Below, piece by piece: positions 1-9,177 of a stretch of DNA of 22,191 nucleotides (positions within the stretch are counted from its first letter, which is position 1; each line of letters begins with the position of its first letter). The notes under the pieces were generated by a model that was not told the DNA's origin, did no database searches, and worked only from the letters and a program-made list of their open reading frames with translations. The translations under genes and the position numbers were made by a program. The stretch is from Ignisphaera sp. (GTDB lineage: Archaea; Thermoproteota; Thermoprotei_A; Sulfolobales; Ignisphaeraceae): the NCBI GenBank assembly GCA_038889075.1, contig JAWAHS010000005.1, positions 78,112 through 100,302 on the forward strand. The letters are read 5' to 3'.

Positions 1-186
1 GACGAGAGGTCTAAGATATGTTAAGTAGCTAATAACACCAGCAGTATACCACTCTATAGAGCATGTCCAAAAATGTTGTTATACCTCTCTATACTTTTGA
101 GGATGCACTATACCGTTTAGTAAAGCTTAAATTTTTCTGCATAGCTATTTCACCAACAAACTGGTATTTTAAGTGTTGAGGGTACC

Positions 187-1371
187 TTGCCACCTAAGGT
201 TATTGTTGGTACTCTTATAATCAATACGCTACTTATGGCTATTAGTGGTATAACCTATCCAGTTATTCCACTGTATATTGTTGGTAGTGGTTTCGGTGTG
301 TTGACAGCTGGTATAGTAACATCTATTGCAAGCATTGCTAGTTTTTGCTCCCAAATTATGTGGGGCTACGTAAGCGATAGGATTAAAAGGCGTTCGAGGG
401 TGATGCTCTACGGCTCCATTATAATGCTGCTATTCTATACAGCTGGCGCTCTCCTATCTAATAATATCTTAGCTATACAACTCTCATACATATTCTCTAC
501 AATTGGTAGTGCTGCCGTGGGTGTAGCATCATATGCCCTGGTAGCCGATGTCGATCCTCATAATCTGAATAGAAATATGAGCATGTATTGGGCTGGAGGC
601 TCACTTGGCTGGGCTACACCTCTTCTATTTGCTGGATGGCTTCTTAAAACATATGGTATAGTGAGCATATTTACAGTTTCCCTTCTACTTTCAGTAATCG
701 TTCTAATTCTCACAGTAGTGCTGATGTCTATCGATAGAGGTATTGCTATAGTGAGCACTAAAAGGAGTGTATGGTCCTTGAAGCCTATTGGAAGGCTGTT
801 AAGAAATGGTGTGTTTTTAATCCTATACCTATCATCATTTATGTTTATGGTTGGCGATGTTATTAAAAACATCTATGTACCCCAGTACCAGGCATATAGA
901 ATTGGTCTGGGGGAATCTCTAGCTACATCTATACTAAGTCTTGCAAGCTGGTTTGAGATTCCAGCCATATTACTATTTGGCTATGTGCTGTATTCTATTG
1001 GTGCAACTACCGTATACATCGTAAGCCTAATATCAATGTCTCTCTACCTCTATCTCAACTCAGCTGTTGGAGGTCTTACTACAGCATCCATTGTAATGGC
1101 TAGCTATAGTATTGTATGGGCAAGCTATATCACATCGATTTCAGTCCTAGTACCGCTATCTGTAGATGAGGAAAACAGAGGGTTAGCACTAGGTTTAGTG
1201 AACTCAAATTTTGCACTAGCTAATATATTCTCCAACATTATACTAAGCTATATGGTGGCCATCCACGGATATGGCCAGACCTTCATATTTGTAGCAATAA
1301 TAATGTTTCTACTAGCAATAGCTGTAGCTATAACCATGCTCTACAGGAGATCCCCTTTAAGAGCATCATGA
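187..1371 (+). CDS. MFS transporter
   Basis: 394 aa with about 12 hydrophobic segments. MFS motif A-like GYVSDRIKRR follows TM2, and ENRGLALG lies in the C-terminal half. TTG start preceded by GAGGGT. Confidence 0.88.
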   Translation: MPPKVIVGTLIINTLLMAISGITYPVIPLYIVGSGFGVLTAGIVTSIASIASFCSQIMWGYVSDRIKRRSRVMLYGSIIMLLFYTAGALLSNNILAIQLSYIFSTIGSAAVGVASYALVADVDPHNLNRNMSMYWAGGSLGWATPLLFAGWLLKTYGIVSIFTVSLLLSVIVLILTVVLMSIDRGIAIVSTKRSVWSLKPIGRLLRNGVFLILYLSSFMFMVGDVIKNIYVPQYQAYRIGLGESLATSILSLASWFEIPAILLFGYVLYSIGATTVYIVSLISMSLYLYLNSAVGGLTTASIVMASYSIVWASYITSISVLVPLSVDEENRGLALGLVNSNFALANIFSNIILSYMVAIHGYGQTFIFVAIIMFLLAIAVAITMLYRRSPLRAS

Positions 1372-1378
1372 CCATCTC

Positions 1379-2425
1379 CTACCGCCTTCTCATGGTTTGC
1401 ATTAGAGGAGTTTCTAGCACTCCTCTATCTCGCTGATTCATTCCATGGAAGTACACATAGATTCGCTTTATAGCAGCTACATTCTGCCCCTGTATACATA
1501 GGGCCCACATTGCATTAAGTAGTGCACTATGAGCGTTTATAGTAGCTGATATTATTCCTGCTAGAGAGCCTACATCTATAGCTCCATTATATGCCTGCAA
1601 TACTGCTACAAATGATATTATTCCTATTGAGGTAAATTGCGTAAAAAAGCTAACCCCCCAATAGACTCTATCATACCACATAACTCTTAGAATTGCCCTA
1701 TACCATTTACTCAGTACTTGACTGAGAAAACCATTCTCCTGTCTCCAATAAACAACATCCCTTATATACGCTATGCTTACACTATACTCATGTCTTTCCT
1801 CAAGCCTTGCAATTTCTACTCTTCTACTATAGTATTCAGCCAACATTAGATAAGGGGTTAATGTAAATACCGTAACAAGACCTACATACATATTGAAGTT
1901 GAGTACCGTATATGCTGCCACTATACCTGTAAAAATATTTGGAAGTAGTGTAACTAGCACTGCATTCATATTCCATATAACAAAGTCGATATCGCTAGAA
2001 ATTCTACCAACAACATCCTCAGGCGAATCACTAATTCCATTAGCCCTTATACTGTCTATAACCGACTTCTTTAAAGCTATTATAGTTTCCGCTAGCTTCT
2101 TAAAATATTTAAACAAGATAAATTCAGTAGCAGCATAAATGATTGCTGAAACTATAAATAGCCAAAATCCAAATATAGCTGTATTCAATGCTTCATCTTT
2201 TAAGGCATTTACAATCCTGCTGATAGCTTGAGGAACTATATTACCGCCTACAATGGCTCTAACAAGGAACACACTAACCATTATAGCCATACTTTTGCTA
2301 AAACCATTAACTTTTTTAAGAGCAACCTTCCCTATAAACGATATAGTTATTCTAAAGTCATCCAAAAGTTTACTCCTAAGACTATATGGTGGCATCCTTG
2401 AGGTAGTATCTTCTGTTGAGTCCAA
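1379..2425 (-). CDS. ABC exporter transmembrane-domain protein (ABC_membrane-like) without fused ATPase
   Basis: About 6 TM segments. EDVVGRISSDID resembles the GDLxSRxxSD motif of type IV exporter TMDs, and QNVAAIKRI resembles the TM6 exit motif. No Walker A/B. TTG start with GGTG SD upstream. Confidence 0.7.
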   Translation of the reverse strand: MDSTEDTTSRMPPYSLRSKLLDDFRITISFIGKVALKKVNGFSKSMAIMVSVFLVRAIVGGNIVPQAISRIVNALKDEALNTAIFGFWLFIVSAIIYAATEFILFKYFKKLAETIIALKKSVIDSIRANGISDSPEDVVGRISSDIDFVIWNMNAVLVTLLPNIFTGIVAAYTVLNFNMYVGLVTVFTLTPYLMLAEYYSRRVEIARLEERHEYSVSIAYIRDVVYWRQENGFLSQVLSKWYRAILRVMWYDRVYWGVSFFTQFTSIGIISFVAVLQAYNGAIDVGSLAGIISATINAHSALLNAMWALCIQGQNVAAIKRIYVYFHGMNQRDRGVLETPLMQTMRRR

Positions 2426-2566
2426 TGAGTGTGCACCGTAATACTAATACCATTCTCAAGTAGATGTTTAAATAAAAGCTTTGCTATACGGTAATACCCA
2501 GGTGTAGATAGAGTACAGCAGTATTTATCTATATATAGAATATATAGAAGATATGGCTAAATAAAT

Positions 2567-4438
2567 CTAAATATTTACTCCAAGCTTTACCGTGTATTTT
2601 CCTAGTCCTAGTTCCTCTATAACCTCCTTCCTAGGGACCCCATTTTCATCCCAGCCCATATATTCATAGTACTCCTTTAGCATAGGTTCTAGCTCAACTA
2701 TCTGACCCTTCGACCCTCCCTCTCTAAGGGGCTCTTCTAGAAATCTTTTTGGAAGTATGTCATGTACCCTTGTCACTCCATTTGCTATATTGAATAGCCT
2801 CTTTAGCGTAAATATTCTTTTTCCAATCTTTAGTAGATCTGGCACAGTTTTTCTAATTCCTGTAACATAGGTGTACAGCCCCGCTATGTGTGCAGGTGGT
2901 ATATCTACAAATTTGCATAGAACCATCGACTCTAGTATTTCACTCCACATCTCCATTGTTGCAACCATCCATCCCTTACCTCTGTATTCAAATCTATCAA
3001 CCCTCTCATATATTTTTAGGTCATGTACCCTCTGACCCTGTTCTATCCTAAAGAAAAGCCCATAGAGGTGGTCAGCCCCTCTATTGGAGGTCGCATACTG
3101 AAGACCGATACCCTTAAATGCCCTTGGGTCATGCATAGGCATTTCGGTTCCTTTTACATGCATACAGAGCTCCTCTGTACCCCTGCCGATGATTTTCGAT
3201 GCCTGTCTACAGCCTTCAGCAAGTATATTGCCAAATCCTATCCTCTTTCCAATCATCTCAATAAGCTTCACAGCAACCTCTTTATCACCCCATCTAAGCT
3301 CCATCCCACCAGTATCACTAACTGTAATTAATCCCTTCTCAAAGCATTCAATAGCCCACGCAATTGTGACACCTGTAGAGATTGTATCGATACCATATTT
3401 ATAGCACAGGTAATTGGCCTTTGCAAGGTAGCCGGGGTCGTCTATCATGAGAAGTGTTCCTAGAGATGCTATTGTTTCATACTCTGGAGCTCTAATCCTT
3501 CTACCGTCTACCTCAACTACTTTCCAGCACTTTACAGGACATGCCCAACAGCCATATACATCAACGACTATCTTCCTTTCCTTAAAACTCTGCCCTGTAA
3601 TGTTTCTATAGCCGCTAAATTCACCTAGCGTAAAGTTTTTAATAGGCATATCCCCATATTCATAGAACTCCTCAACCTCGCCAGCAGTGCCAAATGATGC
3701 TAGAATCTGTGCTGTTGGCGATGACATTATGAGTGGGAGTAGCCTTGAGAGCACACTTGAGACTCTTGAGACATCCTTCACCTTTATCTTCCCGCTACCC
3801 TTGACAGCTATGGCCTTCAGGTTCTTAGAGCCCATGACTGCCCCCATCCCAGTTCTACCACCTATTCTAGGGCCGTTTGGCTGGATGTCCGAGGCTATAC
3901 ATGCAATTCTAGATAGATTCTCACCTGCAGGACCAATAGCAGCAACCCTTATACTTCCATCACCGACCTCTTTTTTAATTGTTTCATCGGTTTCGAATAC
4001 ATCTAGCCCCCAGAGCTTAGAGGCATCCCTAAACTCTACAGACCCATTGTGAATAAAGAGGTATATTGGTGTAGATGATCTACCCCGAATTACTATACCG
4101 TCAAATCCGGCCTTCTTAAGCTCCGGCCCCCAGTAGCCAGATACATGGGACTCTCCCCAGGCCATAGTTAGAGGGGACTTGGAGGCAACAACATATCTAG
4201 CTGCTCCATATACTGGTGAGCCAGTGAGGGGCCCTGTCATAAATACTAGAATATTGTCTGGACTAAATGGATCTATCCTGGGGTCGGGTATCTCCTCAAC
4301 AATAATTTTTGCTGCTAGTCCTATACCCCCAAGAAACTCATCTATATCATTGTATTCTAGCTTCCTCTGCTCAACCCTCTCTCTAGATAGATCAACATAT
4401 AGAATGCTACCAACATAGCCATAGTACTCCTGGGTCAC
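2567..4438 (-). CDS. aor: Tungsten-type aldehyde:ferredoxin oxidoreductase (AOR family)
   Basis: 623 aa. Family motifs SKSPLT, GPELKKAGFDG, GPAGEN, GRTGMGAVMGSKNLKA, CWACPVKC (CxxCxxxC 4Fe-4S), PEYET, YGIDTIS, DPR, RGADH, LCKF and C-terminal YYEYMGWDENGVP. Confidence 0.95.
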   Translation of the reverse strand: MTQEYYGYVGSILYVDLSRERVEQRKLEYNDIDEFLGGIGLAAKIIVEEIPDPRIDPFSPDNILVFMTGPLTGSPVYGAARYVVASKSPLTMAWGESHVSGYWGPELKKAGFDGIVIRGRSSTPIYLFIHNGSVEFRDASKLWGLDVFETDETIKKEVGDGSIRVAAIGPAGENLSRIACIASDIQPNGPRIGGRTGMGAVMGSKNLKAIAVKGSGKIKVKDVSRVSSVLSRLLPLIMSSPTAQILASFGTAGEVEEFYEYGDMPIKNFTLGEFSGYRNITGQSFKERKIVVDVYGCWACPVKCWKVVEVDGRRIRAPEYETIASLGTLLMIDDPGYLAKANYLCYKYGIDTISTGVTIAWAIECFEKGLITVSDTGGMELRWGDKEVAVKLIEMIGKRIGFGNILAEGCRQASKIIGRGTEELCMHVKGTEMPMHDPRAFKGIGLQYATSNRGADHLYGLFFRIEQGQRVHDLKIYERVDRFEYRGKGWMVATMEMWSEILESMVLCKFVDIPPAHIAGLYTYVTGIRKTVPDLLKIGKRIFTLKRLFNIANGVTRVHDILPKRFLEEPLREGGSKGQIVELEPMLKEYYEYMGWDENGVPRKEVIEELGLGKYTVKLGVNI

Positions 4439-4459
4439 CGCCCTGCACCACTTCGTTCA

Positions 4460-5116
4460 TCAGCCAAGTCGATACAGCTTATAGTAGAGCTCAACCTCCC
4501 TCTCTGGTATAACCGGAGGCTCCCTACCAAGAGCCATAGAGACAAACTGAGCCATAGCAACCTCTTCAAGTGTTTCAGCAACTGCCTCAGCCTCATATAG
4601 ATTGGCCCCCATAGCAATAATTCCGTGGTTCTGGAGAATAAGGGCCCTTGACCCAAGGGCAGCTTTTTCAGCTACAAGCTTTGCAAGCTGATCGGTCCCT
4701 GGAAAAGCAAATGGTACAATTTCAATCCTTCTTAAAACCATGACAGCCTCCACCGTGATGGGCTTTAAACCAATGCCCGCTAGAGCAAGCCCTAGTGTAA
4801 CAGGGTTATGGGCATGGACAACAGCATTAACATCTTGTCTAACTCTATATATAGCTGCATGAATGGGCCACTCAATTGATGGTCTGCCAAAACCATCAAC
4901 TATATTACCATCTAGATCAAGCTTTATTAGATCGTCGGGTACAAGTTCACCCTTATATATACCACTTGGTGTTATCCAAAACTCTTTTGAATTGGGGATT
5001 CTAGCACTAACATTACCTCCTAGAGCGGATACAAGCCCTCTACTAAATAGATTTTTCATAACCTTACAGATGTCATTCTTTATCTGCTCCTCTGGAATCT
5101 CAAGGCCTTCACTCAA
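4460..5116 (-). CDS. Class II aldolase/adducin family protein (FucA-like ketose-1-phosphate aldolase)
   Basis: GGNVS, TPSG, PSIEWPIH (catalytic Glu), VHAH and LQNHG Zn-ligand motifs. The ORF track starts at 5125 (GTG), but TTG at 5116 follows an AGGTG SD and is the likelier start. Lies 21 nt upstream of aor, so probably co-transcribed. Confidence 0.9.
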   Translation of the reverse strand: MSEGLEIPEEQIKNDICKVMKNLFSRGLVSALGGNVSARIPNSKEFWITPSGIYKGELVPDDLIKLDLDGNIVDGFGRPSIEWPIHAAIYRVRQDVNAVVHAHNPVTLGLALAGIGLKPITVEAVMVLRRIEIVPFAFPGTDQLAKLVAEKAALGSRALILQNHGIIAMGANLYEAEAVAETLEEVAMAQFVSMALGREPPVIPEREVELYYKLYRLG

Positions 5117-5140
5117 ATTAAACACCTAATGTATAGGGAA

Positions 5141-5187
5141 TAATGTTTAAGTTTTTAAAGCTTGCTACTAAAACTATAGAATAGTAG
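5141..5187. promoter_or_regulatory. Putative bidirectional TATA box between aldolase-aor and moaD, with adjacent inverted repeat
   Basis: TTTTTAAA at 5152-5159 is roughly equidistant (about 36-39 nt) from both divergent starts. CTACTA-N11-TAGTAG at 5165-5187. Confidence 0.4.
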
Positions 5188-5197
5188 GATAGGAGCC

Positions 5198-5479
5198 ATG
5201 GTAAATGGAATACCCATTACCATAAAGATACTACCGCCATTTACACCTAATTCAAAAAGCATTGAAAAAACATTCTACTTTGAGGAAAACCCATCTATCA
5301 TAGACCTTCTGACCACAGCCTCTAATAACGGCATCCTTAAGCTAGATAGTGTTGTGGAATGCAATGAAATTAGAGATGGTGTTGTGGTGCTAGTTAACGG
5401 TAAGACGGTATTCGATGTAAGGCATAGACTTGATAAAGGCGATAGAGTAGTAGTAATGCCTCTAGTACCGGGAGGCTAA
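5198..5479 (+). CDS. MoaD/ThiS ubiquitin-like sulfur carrier (SAMP-like)
   Basis: 93 aa beta-grasp pattern VVLVNGK...LDKGDRVVVMPLVPGG ending in di-glycine. MoaD-like genes commonly lie next to aor. Confidence 0.9.
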   Translation: MVNGIPITIKILPPFTPNSKSIEKTFYFEENPSIIDLLTTASNNGILKLDSVVECNEIRDGVVVLVNGKTVFDVRHRLDKGDRVVVMPLVPGG

Positions 5480-5561
5480 TATTTTACTATTTGACTAAAA
5501 CTGATGTATTTTGTGTACCACACTGTGTAGTAGTGCTATAGCATCTATGGTGTGCTGTGAA

Positions 5562-6344
5562 ATGATTCAAATAGAGAATGAAATTCTTGAGAGATTAGAT
5601 AGGGTACTGGGTGGAGGTATACCTCAGATGATCTTTATAGATATAGATGGGGTGCTAACGCTATCTAGGGGCAGCTATACCCTAGATCTCGATGCGATTG
5701 AATTGATGAGGAGAGCTGAGAACCTGGGGGTACCGGTATGCCTTACCTCAGGCAACAGCTACCCAACGGTACTAACTCTCCAGAGATACCTAGGATTGAC
5801 ACCCATATTTATAGCTGAAAATGGTTGTATAGTTCAAATTGAAAGACGCCTCATCAAGCTATGCAGAGAATCGCTGGACAGCATAGTTGATAAGATTTCA
5901 GAGATATTTAAGCTTCAGCCATCTGATAGTAATATGTATAGACTGTGTGACCGTGCCTTCAGGGTCCCCCAGGATCTAAAGGCTGATATTTCAAGGGTTA
6001 GAGAGTTAGAGAAGAGAATTGCTGAGCTCTTTCCAGATATCCATGCCATGTATACGGGCTATGTTCTACATATATACCCTAGAGGGTGTGGCAAGGGGAG
6101 AGCTATGGAGATTCTTGCCAAGGAGATAGGTGTAGATCTCCTAAAGTCTATAGCTATAGGTGATAGTGTTACAGATATAGATATGCTTGAGACTGCCGGT
6201 CTAGCTGTAGTTGTTGGTGATGCCGATAGTGAGGCTAAAGAGTCTGCAGATATAGTCCTGCCATATAGAGCCTCAGAGTCAACAAAATTCTTTCTAGGAA
6301 CACTAATTAGATATGTCGATAAAAAATTGAGAAGTAGAATTTAG
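5562..6344 (+). CDS. HAD-IIB (Cof-type) phosphatase, archaeal phosphoglycolate phosphatase (TA0175-like) family
   Basis: Motif I DIDGVLT, motif II SGNS, IAENG, motif III K in GKG, motif IV GDSVTD. The ORF track starts at 5511; ATG 5562 with GGTG upstream is preferred. Stop overlaps the rbcL stop by 4 nt (convergent). Confidence 0.85.
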   Translation: MIQIENEILERLDRVLGGGIPQMIFIDIDGVLTLSRGSYTLDLDAIELMRRAENLGVPVCLTSGNSYPTVLTLQRYLGLTPIFIAENGCIVQIERRLIKLCRESLDSIVDKISEIFKLQPSDSNMYRLCDRAFRVPQDLKADISRVRELEKRIAELFPDIHAMYTGYVLHIYPRGCGKGRAMEILAKEIGVDLLKSIAIGDSVTDIDMLETAGLAVVVGDADSEAKESADIVLPYRASESTKFFLGTLIRYVDKKLRSRI

Positions 6345-7678
6345 ATTGGCTTAACATACCCCCATTTTTCAAGAGCCCTTCTAAGCTCTGCATGTTTCTC
6401 AGCATACTCATCTAGCGGAATACCCTTTGCTATAGCCTCTAGCGCTTGTCTAACGGCAGCCGCTCCTGCTCTAGGGCCATCCGGATGGCCAACAACACCT
6501 CCACCAACCTGTATAACAATGTCCTTACCCATAACCTTTACAACTTCCGGTAGTGTGCCTGGGTGAAGCCCTCCTGAGGATACAGGTAGCGCAGGTTTTA
6601 TGTGATAGAATGGCTGTTCTAGGTGAAAGACATCATTTTCATCTGGTTTAAAGTTCGCATCCCTAAGTACCTTACAGTATCTTATTACATCAACAGTCTT
6701 TGCCTCTAGCTTTCCAACCTCCGGCGTCCCCACATGAAGCTGGTCAACACCGATTACTCTAAACAGTTTTGCTAGTGTAAACATAGAGATGCCATGATGT
6801 GGATTTCTAGTTATAGCGGCATGCATAGCCCTGTGGGCATGTATGGCAAGCTTGTACTCTTCGGCAAGGTCTCTTATATATGTGAGGGCGGACCACCCAC
6901 ATATAACAACATCAACCATAATGTATGGGTTGCCGTAGTCTGCTACAAGTTTTAGCCTCTTTTCCATCTCTCTAACATCGGCAGTTATATTTGCAAACCA
7001 GACCTTTCTTTCACCGGTTTCCTTTTCAACCCTATCAATAACCTTCATTATAGCTTTTGCCCTTGCCTCAAACCGGCAGTAGCTGGGGCTAGCAAGATTC
7101 TCATCATCCTTTATATAGTCTAGCCCTCCACTGAGAATATCATATGCAAGCTTCTCAACCTCATCAGGGCTATATCCAACCTTTGGCTTAGGAACTGTTC
7201 CAACAATAGGCCTATCATAAACTTTAAATATATCTCTAACACCATGAAGACCTCTATAGGGTCCCTTAAAGAACTTTATAAAGTCGTAAGGGAGATACAT
7301 ATCCTCAACTCTAAGCCACTTAGCCCTCCTCATACCAAATATATTTCCAGCAACACTAGCTAGAAACCCAGGTATATTATTTTCCTCAAATAGCTCTACT
7401 GGATAGGCAATCCTCACCAGATAGGATCCATCACCAAGATCTGTAAACTGGTATGCCTTGCCCATGAGCCTATTCAATCTGTTCTGATCATACCATGTGT
7501 ATAGAGTCGTCCATGTACCAACACTACTTTCAGCTGCTACACCACCTGCAGCATCCTCAATACTAAAACCTTCTGCAGGTGTAATTCTAAATACCAGAAT
7601 TACATCTGATTTTGGATCTGGTCTGTAATCTTTTTTAATAAATAACGGATACGGTTCAAACTCAACCTTCTTAGACAT
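6341..7678 (-). CDS. rbcL: Form III ribulose-1,5-bisphosphate carboxylase (RuBisCO large subunit)
   Basis: 445 aa. AAESSVGTWT (E60/T65), GNIFGM (N123), KPK (K175/K177), GLDYIKDDE (K201/D203/E204), HAHRAMH (H294/R295), LHVGT (H327), VGKLE (K334), SSGG (S379/G381), GGG (G403/G404), spinach numbering. This full active-site set argues against a RuBisCO-like protein. AGGTG SD. Confidence 0.96.
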   Translation of the reverse strand: MSKKVEFEPYPLFIKKDYRPDPKSDVILVFRITPAEGFSIEDAAGGVAAESSVGTWTTLYTWYDQNRLNRLMGKAYQFTDLGDGSYLVRIAYPVELFEENNIPGFLASVAGNIFGMRRAKWLRVEDMYLPYDFIKFFKGPYRGLHGVRDIFKVYDRPIVGTVPKPKVGYSPDEVEKLAYDILSGGLDYIKDDENLASPSYCRFEARAKAIMKVIDRVEKETGERKVWFANITADVREMEKRLKLVADYGNPYIMVDVVICGWSALTYIRDLAEEYKLAIHAHRAMHAAITRNPHHGISMFTLAKLFRVIGVDQLHVGTPEVGKLEAKTVDVIRYCKVLRDANFKPDENDVFHLEQPFYHIKPALPVSSGGLHPGTLPEVVKVMGKDIVIQVGGGVVGHPDGPRAGAAAVRQALEAIAKGIPLDEYAEKHAELRRALEKWGYVKPI

Positions 7679-7711
7679 ATTCTCGCACCTGGAGACGGTA
7701 TCTCTAATTTG

Positions 7712-7745
7712 TCTAAAAAGCCCTCCGTAACTACTCGAGTATTAC
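7712..7745 (-). promoter_or_regulatory. Putative rbcL promoter: TATA-like TTTTTAGA plus upstream palindromic operator
   Basis: Perfect palindrome TACTCGAGTA at 7732-7741 flanked by GTAA/TTAC, just upstream of a T-rich box about 35 nt before the rbcL ATG. Confidence 0.35.
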
Positions 7746-7773
7746 TGGTGTTACAGAATAATATTATGGTGAT

Positions 7774-9177
7774 CTAGACCACTACTGTTTTTATTCCTAG
7801 CAGTCTACATGCATCGGCAATTACTTCAACATAGTCACCGTGTATCATACTTGCATGGTGTACGAATCCCTCTTCAATCAATGTTCTATATATCTTATCA
7901 AGATCATTCACCTCTACCCATGACCATGCTCCCCTTACCCTAGGTTCTACATCAACTATCCTACCTCTTGTTATAAACATCTTGAATTCACCATCGTATT
8001 CTACAAGCCTTGAAATTGTTACTGTGCCTGGCCTTACCACACCCTCTATAGTGCCATAGCTTCTATCGACTCCCACATCCCTATACATTATGCTGTGATA
8101 TGATAGTGTGCAGCCTGGCTGCATAAGTGCTGGAGGCGCATTTCCACAGTGCCATGCTAGAAACACATTGGGCTTCTCTGGATGTCTTATTGTCCAGTCT
8201 ATAAAGTGTGGCGGAGTTGTGTATAGAGATGCTGCATACTGGATAAGCATTGTGAGTACCCCATATATATCAACTTCGCACGACGACATTATACCTGACT
8301 CTGTTAATCTCGCTAAGATGTAGCATGGAGATATACCATAGTATCTCTGAATCTCAGTCCAGCACCTAAAACCTAAACCTGAAAGCTTTTCGCGCTCTAT
8401 TATACTCCTCAACACAGCCTCCAGCTTAGCCTGCCTATATAGTGCATCCTGCGGAATACCTGATACATCCACTTGCCTCTTCATCTCCTCAACGATTCTT
8501 GTAACAATCGGATCATCGTCTCTCAGCTTTCTAGCCTCTTCGACAACCTCTAAAAGCGTTGTATGGATAACCCTCTGGCCGAATTTCTCAACCATTTTAG
8601 CTTCATTAAATGTTACAGTCTCAAATCGTGTTGGTCTAGGTCCAATAAGCCCTACCCTAGCACCAATGAAGCTTCTAACTATTGAAGCAACTCTTACAAA
8701 GATATCGAACTGCCTCTTAAACTCGCTATCCTCAGGAAAGAGTATACCTCCAAATATGAATGGTATCTTCCTTCTATACAGTGCCGAGGCTAGCGATAGT
8801 GTACCGCAAAACGAATCTGATCTCCTAAAACCACCTGGAAGTATCGAAGGTTCTTTAGTAGCTACAATCATTATTGGGATTCTCCTAAAGTGTTCTGCAA
8901 CGAGTGCACCTGCAAGTTCATCACCAAAGGTTAGTGTTGCTATAAATATAGCATCAACACCTCTACTTCTAAATAATTCAACAACTCTATATCCATCTTC
9001 ATCATCGGTTACCAGACCCAGCTTTGTATCACTTTCACTCGGATAGATCAATTCAATCTGTGGAAACTCTCGTGCAATAACATCTATAAATCTCTTCTTA
9101 AGTTCTTGAGCCCATTTTTCATCAAATGGATACCTATGAAGTGGAACAAAACCTACAACAATTTTATTTTTTAACAT
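7774..9177 (-). CDS. L-fucose/L-arabinose isomerase family protein (FucI-like)
   Basis: About 467 aa. TFGDE, DSFCGTLS, RCW, CEVD, WHCGN, TISRL and HH motifs typical of the FucI/AraA-like fold. ATG 9177 follows an AGGTG SD (ORF track start 9189). Confidence 0.82.
   Translation of the reverse strand: MLKNKIVVGFVPLHRYPFDEKWAQELKKRFIDVIAREFPQIELIYPSESDTKLGLVTDDEDGYRVVELFRSRGVDAIFIATLTFGDELAGALVAEHFRRIPIMIVATKEPSILPGGFRRSDSFCGTLSLASALYRRKIPFIFGGILFPEDSEFKRQFDIFVRVASIVRSFIGARVGLIGPRPTRFETVTFNEAKMVEKFGQRVIHTTLLEVVEEARKLRDDDPIVTRIVEEMKRQVDVSGIPQDALYRQAKLEAVLRSIIEREKLSGLGFRCWTEIQRYYGISPCYILARLTESGIMSSCEVDIYGVLTMLIQYAASLYTTPPHFIDWTIRHPEKPNVFLAWHCGNAPPALMQPGCTLSYHSIMYRDVGVDRSYGTIEGVVRPGTVTISRLVEYDGEFKMFITRGRIVDVEPRVRGAWSWVEVNDLDKIYRTLIEEGFVHHASMIHGDYVEVIADACRLLGIKTVVV

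Noticed and set aside
1-186. Possible gene fragment at the left edge
   Set aside because: All plus frames stop within 30 nt, and the one open minus frame has no convincing start codon or motif; cannot be called.
4435-4656. Alternative-frame ORF bridging aldolase and aor (possible frameshift fusion)
   Set aside because: Both genes are complete with their own stop and SD, and the peptide has no recognisable features.
6341-7678. RuBisCO-like protein (form IV) in methionine salvage, suggested by the nearby class II aldolase and HAD
   Set aside because: All carboxylase active-site residues checked are present, including E60, N123, K175/K177, KDDE, H294/R295, H327 and K334.
6341-7678. Calvin cycle / autotrophy
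   Set aside because: No phosphoribulokinase or small subunit in the window; form III enzymes in such archaea generally serve heterotrophic nucleoside/pentose metabolism.
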